Source: Patescibacteria group bacterium (GTDB lineage Bacteria > Patescibacteriota > Minisyncoccia > Phycocordibacterales > UBA918). From it: a DNA stretch of 40,660 bases. Within the stretch, counting starts at the first letter, position 1. Every line of letters begins with the position of its first letter. The position numbers and the translations under genes were made by a program. Shown here in pieces: positions 16,112 through 24,137 of the stretch. The notes beneath the pieces were generated by a model. The model ran no database searches. It worked only from the letters and a program-made list of their open reading frames with translations, and had not been told where the DNA came from. The stretch is taken from the NCBI GenBank assembly GCA_015485575.1, contig WFTF01000047.1:1-40660 (forward strand), written 5' to 3'.

Positions 16112-16545
16112 TTGTCCTCCTCGGGCACTCGTTTGTGGCCCAATTGAAGTTGGTAGAGCGCGAGCGCATCAAGTGCGCTCAATGGGGTGTTTAACGTCCA
16201 GGAGGTCAGAACCAGACGGGAGTGTAGATACTCCACACCAGCTTTGACTAATCAAAGCCAAAGTGGAATATCTACGTTCCGTCCTATGCCTAAGTATCAA
16301 ATTGTAAAGAACAAACTATTCGTCCTTGTTTTTTCGCAAGGACATTAACGGGCACAAACGATGGTCCGATTCGTTTGTGTCCGGTATATGTCCGAACGAA
16401 TATTGTTATTGGAGGAACTGACTGCAACACATTGCTACTTGAGTCAAAACGTTTGTAACCAGGTATGAGTTTATGCAAGTGAGGAATCGCAATCATTTTG
16501 TACCTGCCAACAGTTTTTTCAGGTACCTCACTACAGAATATTGTA
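16112..16545 (-). ncRNA. Long structured 5' leader or candidate ncRNA upstream of the 412-aa ORF
   Basis: Hairpins are a 24-bp interrupted rod at 16215-16284, a hairpin at 16162-16180, a hairpin at 16351-16382, a terminator-like hairpin at 16322-16343 and a hairpin at 16500-16526. The consensus promoter lies just upstream. Confidence 0.45.
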
Positions 16546-16552
16546 TTTTTCG

Positions 16553-16581
16553 ATTATATCATATATACAGTATTATGTCAA
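16553..16581 (-). promoter_or_regulatory. Consensus sigma-70 promoter (TTGACA - 17 nt - TATAAT) firing toward the 412-aa ORF
   Basis: The minus strand reads TTGACAtaatactgtatatatgaTATAAT, with the -35 at 16576-16581 and the -10 at 16553-16558. Confidence 0.6.
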
Positions 16582-16646
16582 TCTATTGTACGGTATCACC
16601 CAAAATGCAACAGGGTATTCTATGAAAAGAAAGAGATGTGCGCATG

Positions 16647-16690
16647 TTTTTTATAATTTAGGGGTCCGACCCCTAAATTACCCCTAAATT
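16647..16690. repeat. Right direct repeat of the island (palindrome A, copy 3, plus an extra half-arm)
   Basis: TTTTTTATAATTTAGGGGTCCGACCCCTAAATTA followed by a tandem CCCCTAAATT. Confidence 0.85.
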
Positions 16691-16740
16691 ATAAATTACG
16701 AGTGTGGTGTGTGCGTGTTTTTTGGGCTGTGTGACATAAA

Positions 16741-16771
16741 GAATAAAACCCCCGGCTGAGGGGTTTTATTC
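16741..16771. terminator. 12-bp hairpin terminator
   Basis: GAATAAAACCCC - 7 nt - GGGGTTTTATTC. Confidence 0.6.
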
Positions 16772-16898
16772 AAAAAATGTGTGATGGGAAATAGCGCAGA
16801 ATTACTCTTTGTTTTTCCACATAGCGTAATACCTCCGCTACGTTTGTAAGTATAACACAGAGTAGTACATGCTGTCGTGTGGATAGTGCCGCGTATAG

Positions 16899-16925
16899 AA
16901 AAAACCGGCTATGCACCGGCTTTTT
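16899..16925 (-). terminator. Weak terminator directly after hup
   Basis: AAAAAACCGG...CCGGCTTTTT. The GC stem is short, has one bulge, and is flanked by A and T runs. Confidence 0.4.
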
Positions 16926-16942
16926 CTGTGTGAGAAATAGAA

Positions 16943-17215
16943 TTATTTCACCGCGTCTTTGAGAGCTTTTGCCGCTCGGAACTTTGGTACACGCATTGCC
17001 GGCACTTCAATCGGTTCACCGGTTCGTGGATTGCGCGCGGTGCGCGCGTTGCGCATTTTTGCTGAGAAAATACCAAGTCCCGCGATTGATACCTCTTGAC
17101 CTGCCTTAAGGGTCTCAACGATAGAAGTCATCATAACTTCTACAGCGCGCTCAGCGTCAGCTTTTGTAATCCCGAGTTCCTCGTGGATTTTGTTAATGAT
17201 GTCTGCCTTATTCAT
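16943..17215 (-). CDS. hup: HU/IHF-family DNA-binding protein
   Basis: 90 aa, MNKADIINKI...GLGIFSAKMRNARTARNPRTGEPIEVPA, the canonical HU arm. Confidence 0.95.
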   Translation of the reverse strand: MNKADIINKIHEELGITKADAERAVEVMMTSIVETLKAGQEVSIAGLGIFSAKMRNARTARNPRTGEPIEVPAMRVPKFRAAKALKDAVK

Positions 17216-17395
17216 ATTTGTTTCTGAATAGTAACTAATGGCGAGTAAACATTTTGTGTTGGTGTAGACCAGACACGGTGCCCTAATGGCTTGAAAACAT
17301 TATATAGCAAGGTTTTTTCCCTGCAACGTCTAGAAAAGACCTGTTTCTATGGTCTAATGTTTTTCTTTGTTTTTGAAGCATGGTATGCTTGCGTG

Positions 17396-17962
17396 ATGAA
17401 AATTGGAATCATGGGAGCCAAGGGTAGTTTCTCCGAGAAGGCGGCGGAGGACTACATTGCACAGCAGTTTATAGACAATTGCAGCATCGTACCGTTAGTG
17501 AGCGCGGAAAATGTATTGTCCGAAGTGGAGTCGGGCACTATTGATAAGGGGATTTTTCCGATTGAAAACAGCAATGGAGGTGTGGTACTGGAGGCGGTAC
17601 ACGCCATGGCAAAGCATCGCTTTGCCATAGAGCGTCTGTTTGAAATTGATGTGCACCACATGTTGCTGGTACTGCCGGGTAGTACCGCATCCCGTATTGA
17701 CACCATTACCTCGCACGATCAGGCGCTGAAGCAGTGCCGCATGTACCTTAAACGCGCTTGGCCGGACGCGGATATTGAACCGTATGCAGATACGGCAAAA
17801 GCGGCGGAGGATTTAAGCAGGGGAGTACTGTCGGATAGTACCGCTGTTATTGCACCGCGCCGCTGTGCGGAGATTTATGGACTTGAGATACTGGAAGAAT
17901 CCATACAGGATTTGAAGTTTAACTACACCTCCTTTGTGGTGGCAACACGCTTGGAGGAGTAG
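17396..17962 (+). CDS. Prephenate dehydratase (PDT) domain protein without an ACT domain
   Basis: KIGIMGAKGSFSEKAA, TSHDQALKQC, and NYTSF where PDTs usually have N-x-TRF. The ORF opens at TTG 17291, and the ATG at 17396 fits the PDT N-terminus. Confidence 0.7.
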   Translation: MKIGIMGAKGSFSEKAAEDYIAQQFIDNCSIVPLVSAENVLSEVESGTIDKGIFPIENSNGGVVLEAVHAMAKHRFAIERLFEIDVHHMLLVLPGSTASRIDTITSHDQALKQCRMYLKRAWPDADIEPYADTAKAAEDLSRGVLSDSTAVIAPRRCAEIYGLEILEESIQDLKFNYTSFVVATRLEE

Positions 17963-17977
17963 TGGGGAAGTGTGTAG

Positions 17978-18012
17978 ACGAAAGCCGCGCGCCGTAGGCG
18001 CGCGGCTTTCGT
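17978..18012. terminator. 16-bp GC-rich bidirectional terminator hairpin
   Basis: ACGAAAGCCGCGCGCC-GTA-GGCGCGCGGCTTTCGT between convergent genes. Confidence 0.7.
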
Positions 18013-18032
18013 ATTGGCAGTAGCGTCACGCT

Positions 18033-19562
18033 CTATCGCGCATAGCTGACCACGCGTGTTTCTCGGATGACGTGCACCTTGATTTCTCCCGGGTAGCGTA
18101 ACTGTGCTTCTATGTTGCCCGCAATGGTTTGCGCAAGTGTGTTTGCCTGCAGATCAGACAACTCATCGGGGTTGACCAGCACGCGGATTTCCCGCCCCGC
18201 GGAGATGGCAAACGCTTTTTGTACACCTGCAAGATCCTTTGCAATCGCTTCCAGTTCGGTTAAGCGCTTGATGTAGTTTTCAATGGAGTCACGCCGTGCC
18301 CCCGGTCGTGCACCGGAGAGTGCGTCGGCAACTTGGACGATAATAGACTCCGGTGTTTCGTACGGATACTCTTCATGGTGGGCACGCATGGCAAGGATGA
18401 CTTTTTCATCCACACCATACTTTTGCAGTATGCGAATACCTATTTCCACGTGTGTGCCCTGCACCTCGTGGCTAACGGTTTTTCCGATGTCGTGCAGTAG
18501 TGCTCCTGCGCGCGCAACGGCCACGTCCGCTCCGGTTTCTTCAGCGATAATGGCGGCGATATTTGCCATTTCAACCGAGTGCCACAGTACATTTTGGCCA
18601 TAGCTGGTACGGAAGTGCAGTCGTCCCAATATCGTCACCAGTTCCGGGTGCAGGTTGTTCACACCCGCTTCGTAAGCTGCTTTTTCACCCATTTTACGCA
18701 CCGTCTGTGCCACTTCTTTGCGTGCCTGTTCAAATGCCTCTTCTATCTTTGCCGGTTGAATACGCCCATCTTTAAGCAGTGTCTCCAGTGTGACACGCGC
18801 GATTTCTCGGCGAATCGGATCAAAGGAGGAGAGGGTGATGTACCCCGGTGTGTCATCAATGAGCACATCCACACCGGTAAGGCGTTCAAACGTGCGCACA
18901 TTGCGTCCTTCTTTTCCGATAATTTTGCCTTTCAAATCGTCACTGGGTAATGGTACGCTTGCAGTCATGACATTACTCGGCATGCTGTTACCCTGTCGGT
19001 GAATAGCGGCAAGGAGGATGTTTTGCGCTTCCGCTTCAAAGGCTTCCTCTCCCGCGCGTGAAAGTTTCTCAATGCGCTTTACCAAGTCTGCCTCGCGCTC
19101 TTGCTGCATGCGCGCCACTACCTGTTCATACGCTTCTTCTTTGGTGATACCGGCAATCTCTTCCAACTTTGCGTCCAGCTCACCTTTGCGCGCATCCAGG
19201 CGCTCTTTGAGTGCTTTTACCTCTTCAATTTTGTTGCGCACCGCCTCTTTTTCAGAGTCAAGCGCAATCTGTCGCTCATCAAGGAGCTCTTCTTTTTTCG
19301 CAAGTCGTTCTTCTTTTGCGGCAAGTGTGTCCGCACGTTCTTTTGCGTCAGCCTTCGCTTCTGTTTCAATTTTTTCTGCTTTCGCTTCGGCTTTCTCTAC
19401 AATCTTTAAAGCCCGCTCTTCCGCTTCAAGTTCCTTTTCTTTCAGGGTTAGTTCAAGAGAAGTTTTTTTCGACATCGTATGCAGATGCCGCAGATAGTAT
19501 CCAGAAGCTATGCCGACAGTCAGCGCCGCCGCAATGGCAGCCAACATCGGTATCAGTGGCAT
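18033..19562 (-). CDS. rny: Ribonuclease Y
   Basis: 509 aa with an N-terminal TM helix, a Lys/Glu coiled coil, a KH domain (GKIIGKEGRNVRTFE) and an HD domain (LLHDIGK). Confidence 0.95.
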   Translation of the reverse strand: MPLIPMLAAIAAALTVGIASGYYLRHLHTMSKKTSLELTLKEKELEAEERALKIVEKAEAKAEKIETEAKADAKERADTLAAKEERLAKKEELLDERQIALDSEKEAVRNKIEEVKALKERLDARKGELDAKLEEIAGITKEEAYEQVVARMQQEREADLVKRIEKLSRAGEEAFEAEAQNILLAAIHRQGNSMPSNVMTASVPLPSDDLKGKIIGKEGRNVRTFERLTGVDVLIDDTPGYITLSSFDPIRREIARVTLETLLKDGRIQPAKIEEAFEQARKEVAQTVRKMGEKAAYEAGVNNLHPELVTILGRLHFRTSYGQNVLWHSVEMANIAAIIAEETGADVAVARAGALLHDIGKTVSHEVQGTHVEIGIRILQKYGVDEKVILAMRAHHEEYPYETPESIIVQVADALSGARPGARRDSIENYIKRLTELEAIAKDLAGVQKAFAISAGREIRVLVNPDELSDLQANTLAQTIAGNIEAQLRYPGEIKVHVIRETRVVSYAR

Positions 19563-19719
19563 AGAATGTGTATTTGTATAAGGATTGATAAATACGCACG
19601 GTCAACAATCAGTCATGCGGTTGCTATAAAACATAGCAGAATTGCCTACACTTGTCGACAAAAAACTGTTTTATTGCTAGGGTGTGTTACAGAGGCAACA
19701 GAGAAAAGGGAGAGGTCTC

Positions 19720-20088
19720 ATGTTCTTTTTGCGTATAGTGCACGCTTTTCTCCTGCTGGCGTTCGCCGGAGTGGTGTTTGCAATTGTGATTGATGATTCT
19801 GGATTTCTGTTTGCATACCTGTCTTTCTTGGAGAAATTTGCAGTGATTATCGGTCTGGCGTTTCTGCTGGCGCTGAATTTGTGTATTCTGTATTTTCTCA
19901 TCCGTAACAGAGACGTATATCAGCGGAACAGGCGGGCAACGTTATTGCTTCGAAAATACAAAAAGGGCACCCTCACAAAACAAGAAGAGCTGATCCTTGA
20001 GCAATTTTTGCGCGATGGGGTACTTGGTTACAATGCGTTTGGCACACTGCGTTTGTCAGATCGTGCTCTGCGGGAACTCTTTGAGTGA
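19720..20088 (+). CDS. Hypothetical membrane protein
   Basis: GGGAGAGG lies upstream of the ATG at 19720. Two predicted TM helices. A terminator follows. Confidence 0.55.
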   Translation: MFFLRIVHAFLLLAFAGVVFAIVIDDSGFLFAYLSFLEKFAVIIGLAFLLALNLCILYFLIRNRDVYQRNRRATLLLRKYKKGTLTKQEELILEQFLRDGVLGYNAFGTLRLSDRALRELFE

Positions 20089-20091
20089 ATG

Positions 20092-20117
20092 AAAAGCGGC
20101 AGTGCGCCGCTTTTTTT
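20092..20117 (+). terminator. Rho-independent terminator
   Basis: AAAAGCGGC-AGTGC-GCCGCTTTTTTT. Confidence 0.8.
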
Positions 20118-20166
20118 GTATGGTCTGTTTTTCAGCACTTGGTTCTGTGATGTGCATGGTATCAGT

Positions 20167-20207
20167 ACGGCAAAAGCGCAGCGGCTTCACCGCTGCGCTT
20201 TTGCCGT
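20167..20207. terminator. 18-bp perfect hairpin 3' of clpP
   Basis: ACGGCAAAAGCGCAGCGG-CTTCA-CCGCTGCGCTTTTGCCGT. Confidence 0.55.
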
Positions 20208-20222
20208 ACACATTTTTTCTTC

Positions 20223-20825
20223 TTATGTGTATATCACATCCACCAACCCGTACTTCTTTGCTTCTTTTGCGTCCATGAAGAAGTCTCGGTCAGTATCTTT
20301 TTCAATCTGCGAAAGCGGCTTTCCTGACGCCTTGGCAAGCATTTTGTTGAGCGTGTCTCGTGTCTTGAGTATGTGTCGGGCGGTAATTTCTATATCACTT
20401 GCCTGCCCCTGCGCACCTCCCCATGGCTGGTGAATCATCACCTCGGCGTTTGGCAGTATTGCTCTCTTTCCCTTTGCGCCCTGTGAGAGGATGATTGACC
20501 CCATGGATGCCGCCATGCCGGTACAGACGGTCACCACGTCCGGCTTGATGTGGTTCATGGTGTCTACAATAGACAGACCCGCGGTCACACTACCTCCCGG
20601 TGAGTTCACATATAGATAAATATCTTTCTTTGGGTCTTCCGCCTCAAGGAACAAAAGTTGTGCAACCACCAGATTTGCCATGTGATCTTCAATGGTACCA
20701 GTGACAAACACGATTCGCTCCTTCAAAAGGCGTGAATAAATGTCAAAGGCACGTTCTCCCCCCTGTGTTTTTTCAATAACCATGGGGACCAACTGTGCCA
20801 TCGTTTCCTGTGTCGTTTTTTCCAT
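20223..20825 (-). CDS. clpP: ATP-dependent Clp protease proteolytic subunit
   Basis: 200 aa. The motifs [17 protein letters not shown] and GMAASMGS and the overall ClpP pattern are unmistakable. Confidence 0.95.
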   Translation of the reverse strand: MEKTTQETMAQLVPMVIEKTQGGERAFDIYSRLLKERIVFVTGTIEDHMANLVVAQLLFLEAEDPKKDIYLYVNSPGGSVTAGLSIVDTMNHIKPDVVTVCTGMAASMGSIILSQGAKGKRAILPNAEVMIHQPWGGAQGQASDIEITARHILKTRDTLNKMLAKASGKPLSQIEKDTDRDFFMDAKEAKKYGLVDVIYT

Positions 20826-20912
20826 TTTACTTTTTGATTATTATTTCTATCCTACACGGTATGCAGCTACTGTAGCAGAAAGTACTGCAGTTGGAAATAA
20901 AAAGCGGGAGGA

Positions 20913-21113
20913 TTATCTCCCGCTTGACATGGTCAATACAACGTGAAAACCAAGCAAAATCCATGCGTAGATAAGGTATTTCCATGCTTTCAGTTCAATA
21001 TCTCCGCGCGTCATTTCAGGATTTCTTTCAAGTACCCTCTGTTTGGTGTCTTCAGGTGCCACTTTGACGATCAATGCAAGGAGTACAAAAAAAGCTGACA
21101 GATACCAGAACAT
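20913..21113 (-). CDS. Small membrane protein (67 aa)
   Basis: AGGAGG lies 5-6 nt upstream of the ATG at 21113. Two hydrophobic helices. No family recognised. Confidence 0.6.
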   Translation of the reverse strand: MFWYLSAFFVLLALIVKVAPEDTKQRVLERNPEMTRGDIELKAWKYLIYAWILLGFHVVLTMSSGR

Positions 21114-21257
21114 ACGTTCCTCCTTTGTGCTTGGTGTCCTGCATTGCAGCGTATCAGACCTGCGGGAAATAGCAACAGATTGCATGATGATCTTGCGTAT
21201 CGTACTCATCCACATGCAACCATTTGGGTTTTGCTTTTGGTGAAGAGATGATGATTG

Positions 21258-22427
21258 TTACGTTTCTTGCTCCAGCATTTGCATCACTGCTTCATTGGTC
21301 AGTACCGATGCAACATAGATACGTACACGCTGTTTATCTGCATCTTTGTACTGCTCTAACAGTTGTGATACCTGTGCTTCAAGTTGCTGTTTGTCCGGCT
21401 TTATGTCTTCCGCTTTTGCTATTTCGTTGAGCACCAGTTGCAATTTTGCCCGCTTCTCAGCTGCAGGTTTCCACTCTGCGGCAAGGTCTTCCTTGGTTTT
21501 CTTTATGTGTGCCAAATAGTCTTCCATTTTCAAGTTTGCACGGGTGAGATCCTCATTCATTTGGGCAAACATTTGATCTATTTCCGAGTCAATGAGGATT
21601 TGAGGCAGATCAATATCGCTTTCTTCAATAATTTTATCGGTTATCTTGGCACGATGTGATGCATTGACCTCACGCTCTTTTTCAATAGACAGATGCTCTT
21701 TAATTTTTTCCTTGAAGTCTGCAACGGAGGTGAATTGTCCCGGTTGTCCCAGCTCTTTTACCAAGTCATCGGTCAATTCGGGTATTTCTTCATCCGTCAC
21801 CGCTTTTACATCAGTGTCCTCCTCTTCAGAGTTACCTTCGGTTTTGTCCGTGACTGTGTCCGGTGTGGGAAGCTCGGTGGCGTCACCCATGTCTTTTGCT
21901 TTTTGTTCCGCCTGCGCCTTTTTCTGAGCGAGTTTTTGCATACGCTCATAGGCGATTTTTTGCCGTAAGATATCTTTTATCTGTGCATCCACCTCTTCAT
22001 CGGTAACCTCTGCAGAGGCTTTTTCTTTGTTTATGTCAGCGGCGATTTTTTTATAGTCGGGAAGAGATACCTCTGGTAGCACCGCAACGGTAAGGGTAAA
22101 ACCCAAGGGATTACCGTCGGCAAGTTTGGTGAGGGAGATTTTTGGGTGCCCGATTGCGTCAATAGTGTGCACCTTGCAGAGCTCGGGGTAGACTTCAGCA
22201 AGAGCACGTTCCGCCATGTCAGACAAAATAGTCATTTCTCCAACACGTTTGACCACTTCGTCATCCGGCACATGTCCCTTGCGAAATCCGTCAATTTCCA
22301 TATCTTTGCCATAGTGTTTGATAGCGGCAGGACGATGCTTCTCAAGCTGGTCAAACGGAATTTCTCCGGAGACCTGTACCTGTGACCCGTCTTCTTTGGT
22401 GACGGTAAAGTTTTTTACAAAATCCAT
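21258..22427 (-). CDS. tig: Trigger factor
   Basis: N-terminal ribosome-binding signature GFRKGHVP, and the tig-clpP neighbourhood. Confidence 0.85.
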   Translation of the reverse strand: MDFVKNFTVTKEDGSQVQVSGEIPFDQLEKHRPAAIKHYGKDMEIDGFRKGHVPDDEVVKRVGEMTILSDMAERALAEVYPELCKVHTIDAIGHPKISLTKLADGNPLGFTLTVAVLPEVSLPDYKKIAADINKEKASAEVTDEEVDAQIKDILRQKIAYERMQKLAQKKAQAEQKAKDMGDATELPTPDTVTDKTEGNSEEEDTDVKAVTDEEIPELTDDLVKELGQPGQFTSVADFKEKIKEHLSIEKEREVNASHRAKITDKIIEESDIDLPQILIDSEIDQMFAQMNEDLTRANLKMEDYLAHIKKTKEDLAAEWKPAAEKRAKLQLVLNEIAKAEDIKPDKQQLEAQVSQLLEQYKDADKQRVRIYVASVLTNEAVMQMLEQET

Positions 22428-22556
22428 ATGTAACGTATGTATGAAATAAATAAGAATCGTAAATTCACGAGTGAATTAAGAAAATAGGTGCTTACGATGT
22501 AAGCACCGAAGCCAGAGCATTAAAACATATTGTGTGAGTATTTGCCAGTGCGGAAA

Positions 22557-22585
22557 AAAGCGGCGCGCCGTCGGCGCGCCGCTTT
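22557..22585 (-). terminator. Terminator of the 145-aa gene
   Basis: AAAGCGGCGCGCCG/CGGCGCGCCGCTTT, followed by TTTTTT on the minus strand. Confidence 0.75.
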
Positions 22586-22604
22586 GTGGCATCCAAGCAT
22601 GTTG

Positions 22605-23042
22605 CTATATGGCATTGAGCGCATCTTCAAGTTCGCTATCAATAGCGTTCAGTTCCGCGTCCAGCGAGTCCAGTTCGGTACTCTCAATGTCAGCTTCTAT
22701 TGCTTCAATCTCATTTGAGGTGCTGACGGTCTCCAGTGCCTGTATTTGCGCATCTGCAGTGTTGCTTTCCGGTTCATTATTTTCTTCCGGCGTTGGTCGT
22801 TGTATGGATGTTTCTTCCATTGGCATTTCATCTATATTGTTCATCATGGTATTGCCCCATATATAGAGACCTCCCAAGATGAGTACCAAGATGACGATGA
22901 GCACGCCGAGTATGGCACCGAGGTGTGCCGTTTTATCTGCACCTGTCGCACCTGTAAATGATTCTTCCGGCATTTTCATTTCGGTTTCCGATATAACCGG
23001 CTCTTGCTCCTGCGTTGTGTTTTGTGTTTTATCTTGTTCCAT
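22605..23042 (-). CDS. Hypothetical single-pass membrane protein with an acidic C-terminus
   Basis: 145 aa with a central TM helix (LGAILGVLIVILVLILGGLYIW) and an Glu/Asp-rich tail. Confidence 0.6.
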   Translation of the reverse strand: MEQDKTQNTTQEQEPVISETEMKMPEESFTGATGADKTAHLGAILGVLIVILVLILGGLYIWGNTMMNNIDEMPMEETSIQRPTPEENNEPESNTADAQIQALETVSTSNEIEAIEADIESTELDSLDAELNAIDSELEDALNAI

Positions 23043-23095
23043 ACGATGTTACGTTAGAATGAATAAATAAATGATATGGCTGTGCAGAACATCCG

Positions 23096-23974
23096 CTATT
23101 CCGTACTTGCATCGCCACTTTCCGCAGATTCAGTTTCATTTTCTTCCTGTGTGCCGGTGTTGGATACTGCGCTACTGACTCCTCGGTCAAGCTTCGCCTG
23201 TCGGACGGCCTCCTTGAGGGCGGGTAGGGCTTCACGAAGTGCTTGGTGTGCCGCTTTTATGTGGTTTTTTGCCTGACGATAGGTTTCACGACCGGTCTTC
23301 CATGCCTCTCTGGGGTTTTCTGACGCAACCACTTCCGCTACGATGATATCAATATCTTCCAAGGTCGCTTCCGCAAGGTCCAGGTGTTCTGAGGCAGTGT
23401 TGAGTGCCGCTTGTGCGGCCGAGGTGTCCACACCCTTTTCTGCCAGTATATCCATACGTGTCTGGAAGCGCTCAATGATTTGTCGGATGCGCGCTATAGC
23501 TGCTTCCATGCGGTTTGATACATTTGCGGCAAGATTTTGTACACGTTTTTGGATACGTTCTTGCAGTGCCGCTTTTCGTTCTTCCATTCTTTCACGCAGT
23601 TGTGCCTTTCGCTCCTCCATCTTTGCACGGGCTTCTTCCTTTCGCCCCTCAATTTGTTCGCGTGCCTTTTGCTTTTTCTCTTCAGACAGCTGTTGAAATT
23701 CTTCGCGTTTTTGTTCCGCCTTTGCACGAGCGTCCGCTTTTTTATCTGCTATGTTTTTTTGAGCTTCCGCTTTTTTCAGTTGGTAGTTATCTTTACGGTT
23801 TTGTTGATTGTTCTCAAACTCAGATGCTTTTTGCTTTTTTTGCTCAAGCAGTTTTTGATAGCGTTCTTGCGGGCTTAATTCATCTTCTTGCGCCTGCGCC
23901 AAGAAGGTAAACCCAAAGAGCGCCACCAGCATGGTGGTTGTGAGGGAGAGAAATGATAATTGAATTGTTTTCAT
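23096..23974 (-). CDS. Secreted coiled-coil protein
   Basis: Signal peptide ending in AQA, then a Lys/Glu/Gln/Ala-rich heptad-like sequence over about 250 aa. Confidence 0.6.
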   Translation of the reverse strand: MKTIQLSFLSLTTTMLVALFGFTFLAQAQEDELSPQERYQKLLEQKKQKASEFENNQQNRKDNYQLKKAEAQKNIADKKADARAKAEQKREEFQQLSEEKKQKAREQIEGRKEEARAKMEERKAQLRERMEERKAALQERIQKRVQNLAANVSNRMEAAIARIRQIIERFQTRMDILAEKGVDTSAAQAALNTASEHLDLAEATLEDIDIIVAEVVASENPREAWKTGRETYRQAKNHIKAAHQALREALPALKEAVRQAKLDRGVSSAVSNTGTQEENETESAESGDASTE

Positions 23975-24092
23975 AGATTATTGATGAATATGATAAATAT
24001 ATTGAGCGCTTAATTCACGCTATATACAATATATAGTATACGCCCTGCCGTATATTTTGCATGACTGCTATGCACAGCGCCTGTGGAATACA

Positions 24093-24129
24093 AAAAAGCC
24101 GCGAAGACCTACGGTCTTCGCGGCTTTTT
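24093..24129 (-). terminator. Terminator of the pyrophosphatase gene
   Basis: AAAAAGCCGCGAAGACC-TAC-GGTCTTCGCGGCTTTTT. Confidence 0.8.
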
Positions 24130-24137
24130 GCCTCCTC

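Larger units (their letters stand above)
14758..16646 (-). mobile_element. Candidate horizontally acquired island (one ORF plus a long leader), with no recognisable mobility gene
   Basis: Bracketed by the direct repeats. The core at about 14873-16290 is much more G+C-rich than its surroundings. It lies next to a tRNA gene. Confidence 0.4.

Noticed and set aside
16290-16496. A 68-aa minus-strand ORF that exactly fills the AT-rich half of the leader.
   Set aside because: It has no convincing SD (GGCAGG only), and it is crossed by three strong hairpins, including a terminator-like one. I cannot exclude it as a small upstream gene, so I note it as the alternative explanation for the leader.
14873-16581. 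The island as a retron, an IS110/bridge-RNA element, a TnpB/IscB-omega RNA element or a group II intron.
   Set aside because: The architecture is suggestive, but the 412-aa protein lacks the motifs I can check by eye. It has no Y-x-DD, no DEDD/GIDxxK series, no RuvC plus zinc-finger C-x-x-C, and no HNH. The hypothesis is kept only as an analogy in the findings.
16802-16822. A 6-codon micro-ORF (MWKNKE) with a perfect GGAGG SD, lying between the two hairpins downstream of hup.
   Set aside because: It is too short to support without conservation or ribosome-profiling data. It may be coincidental.
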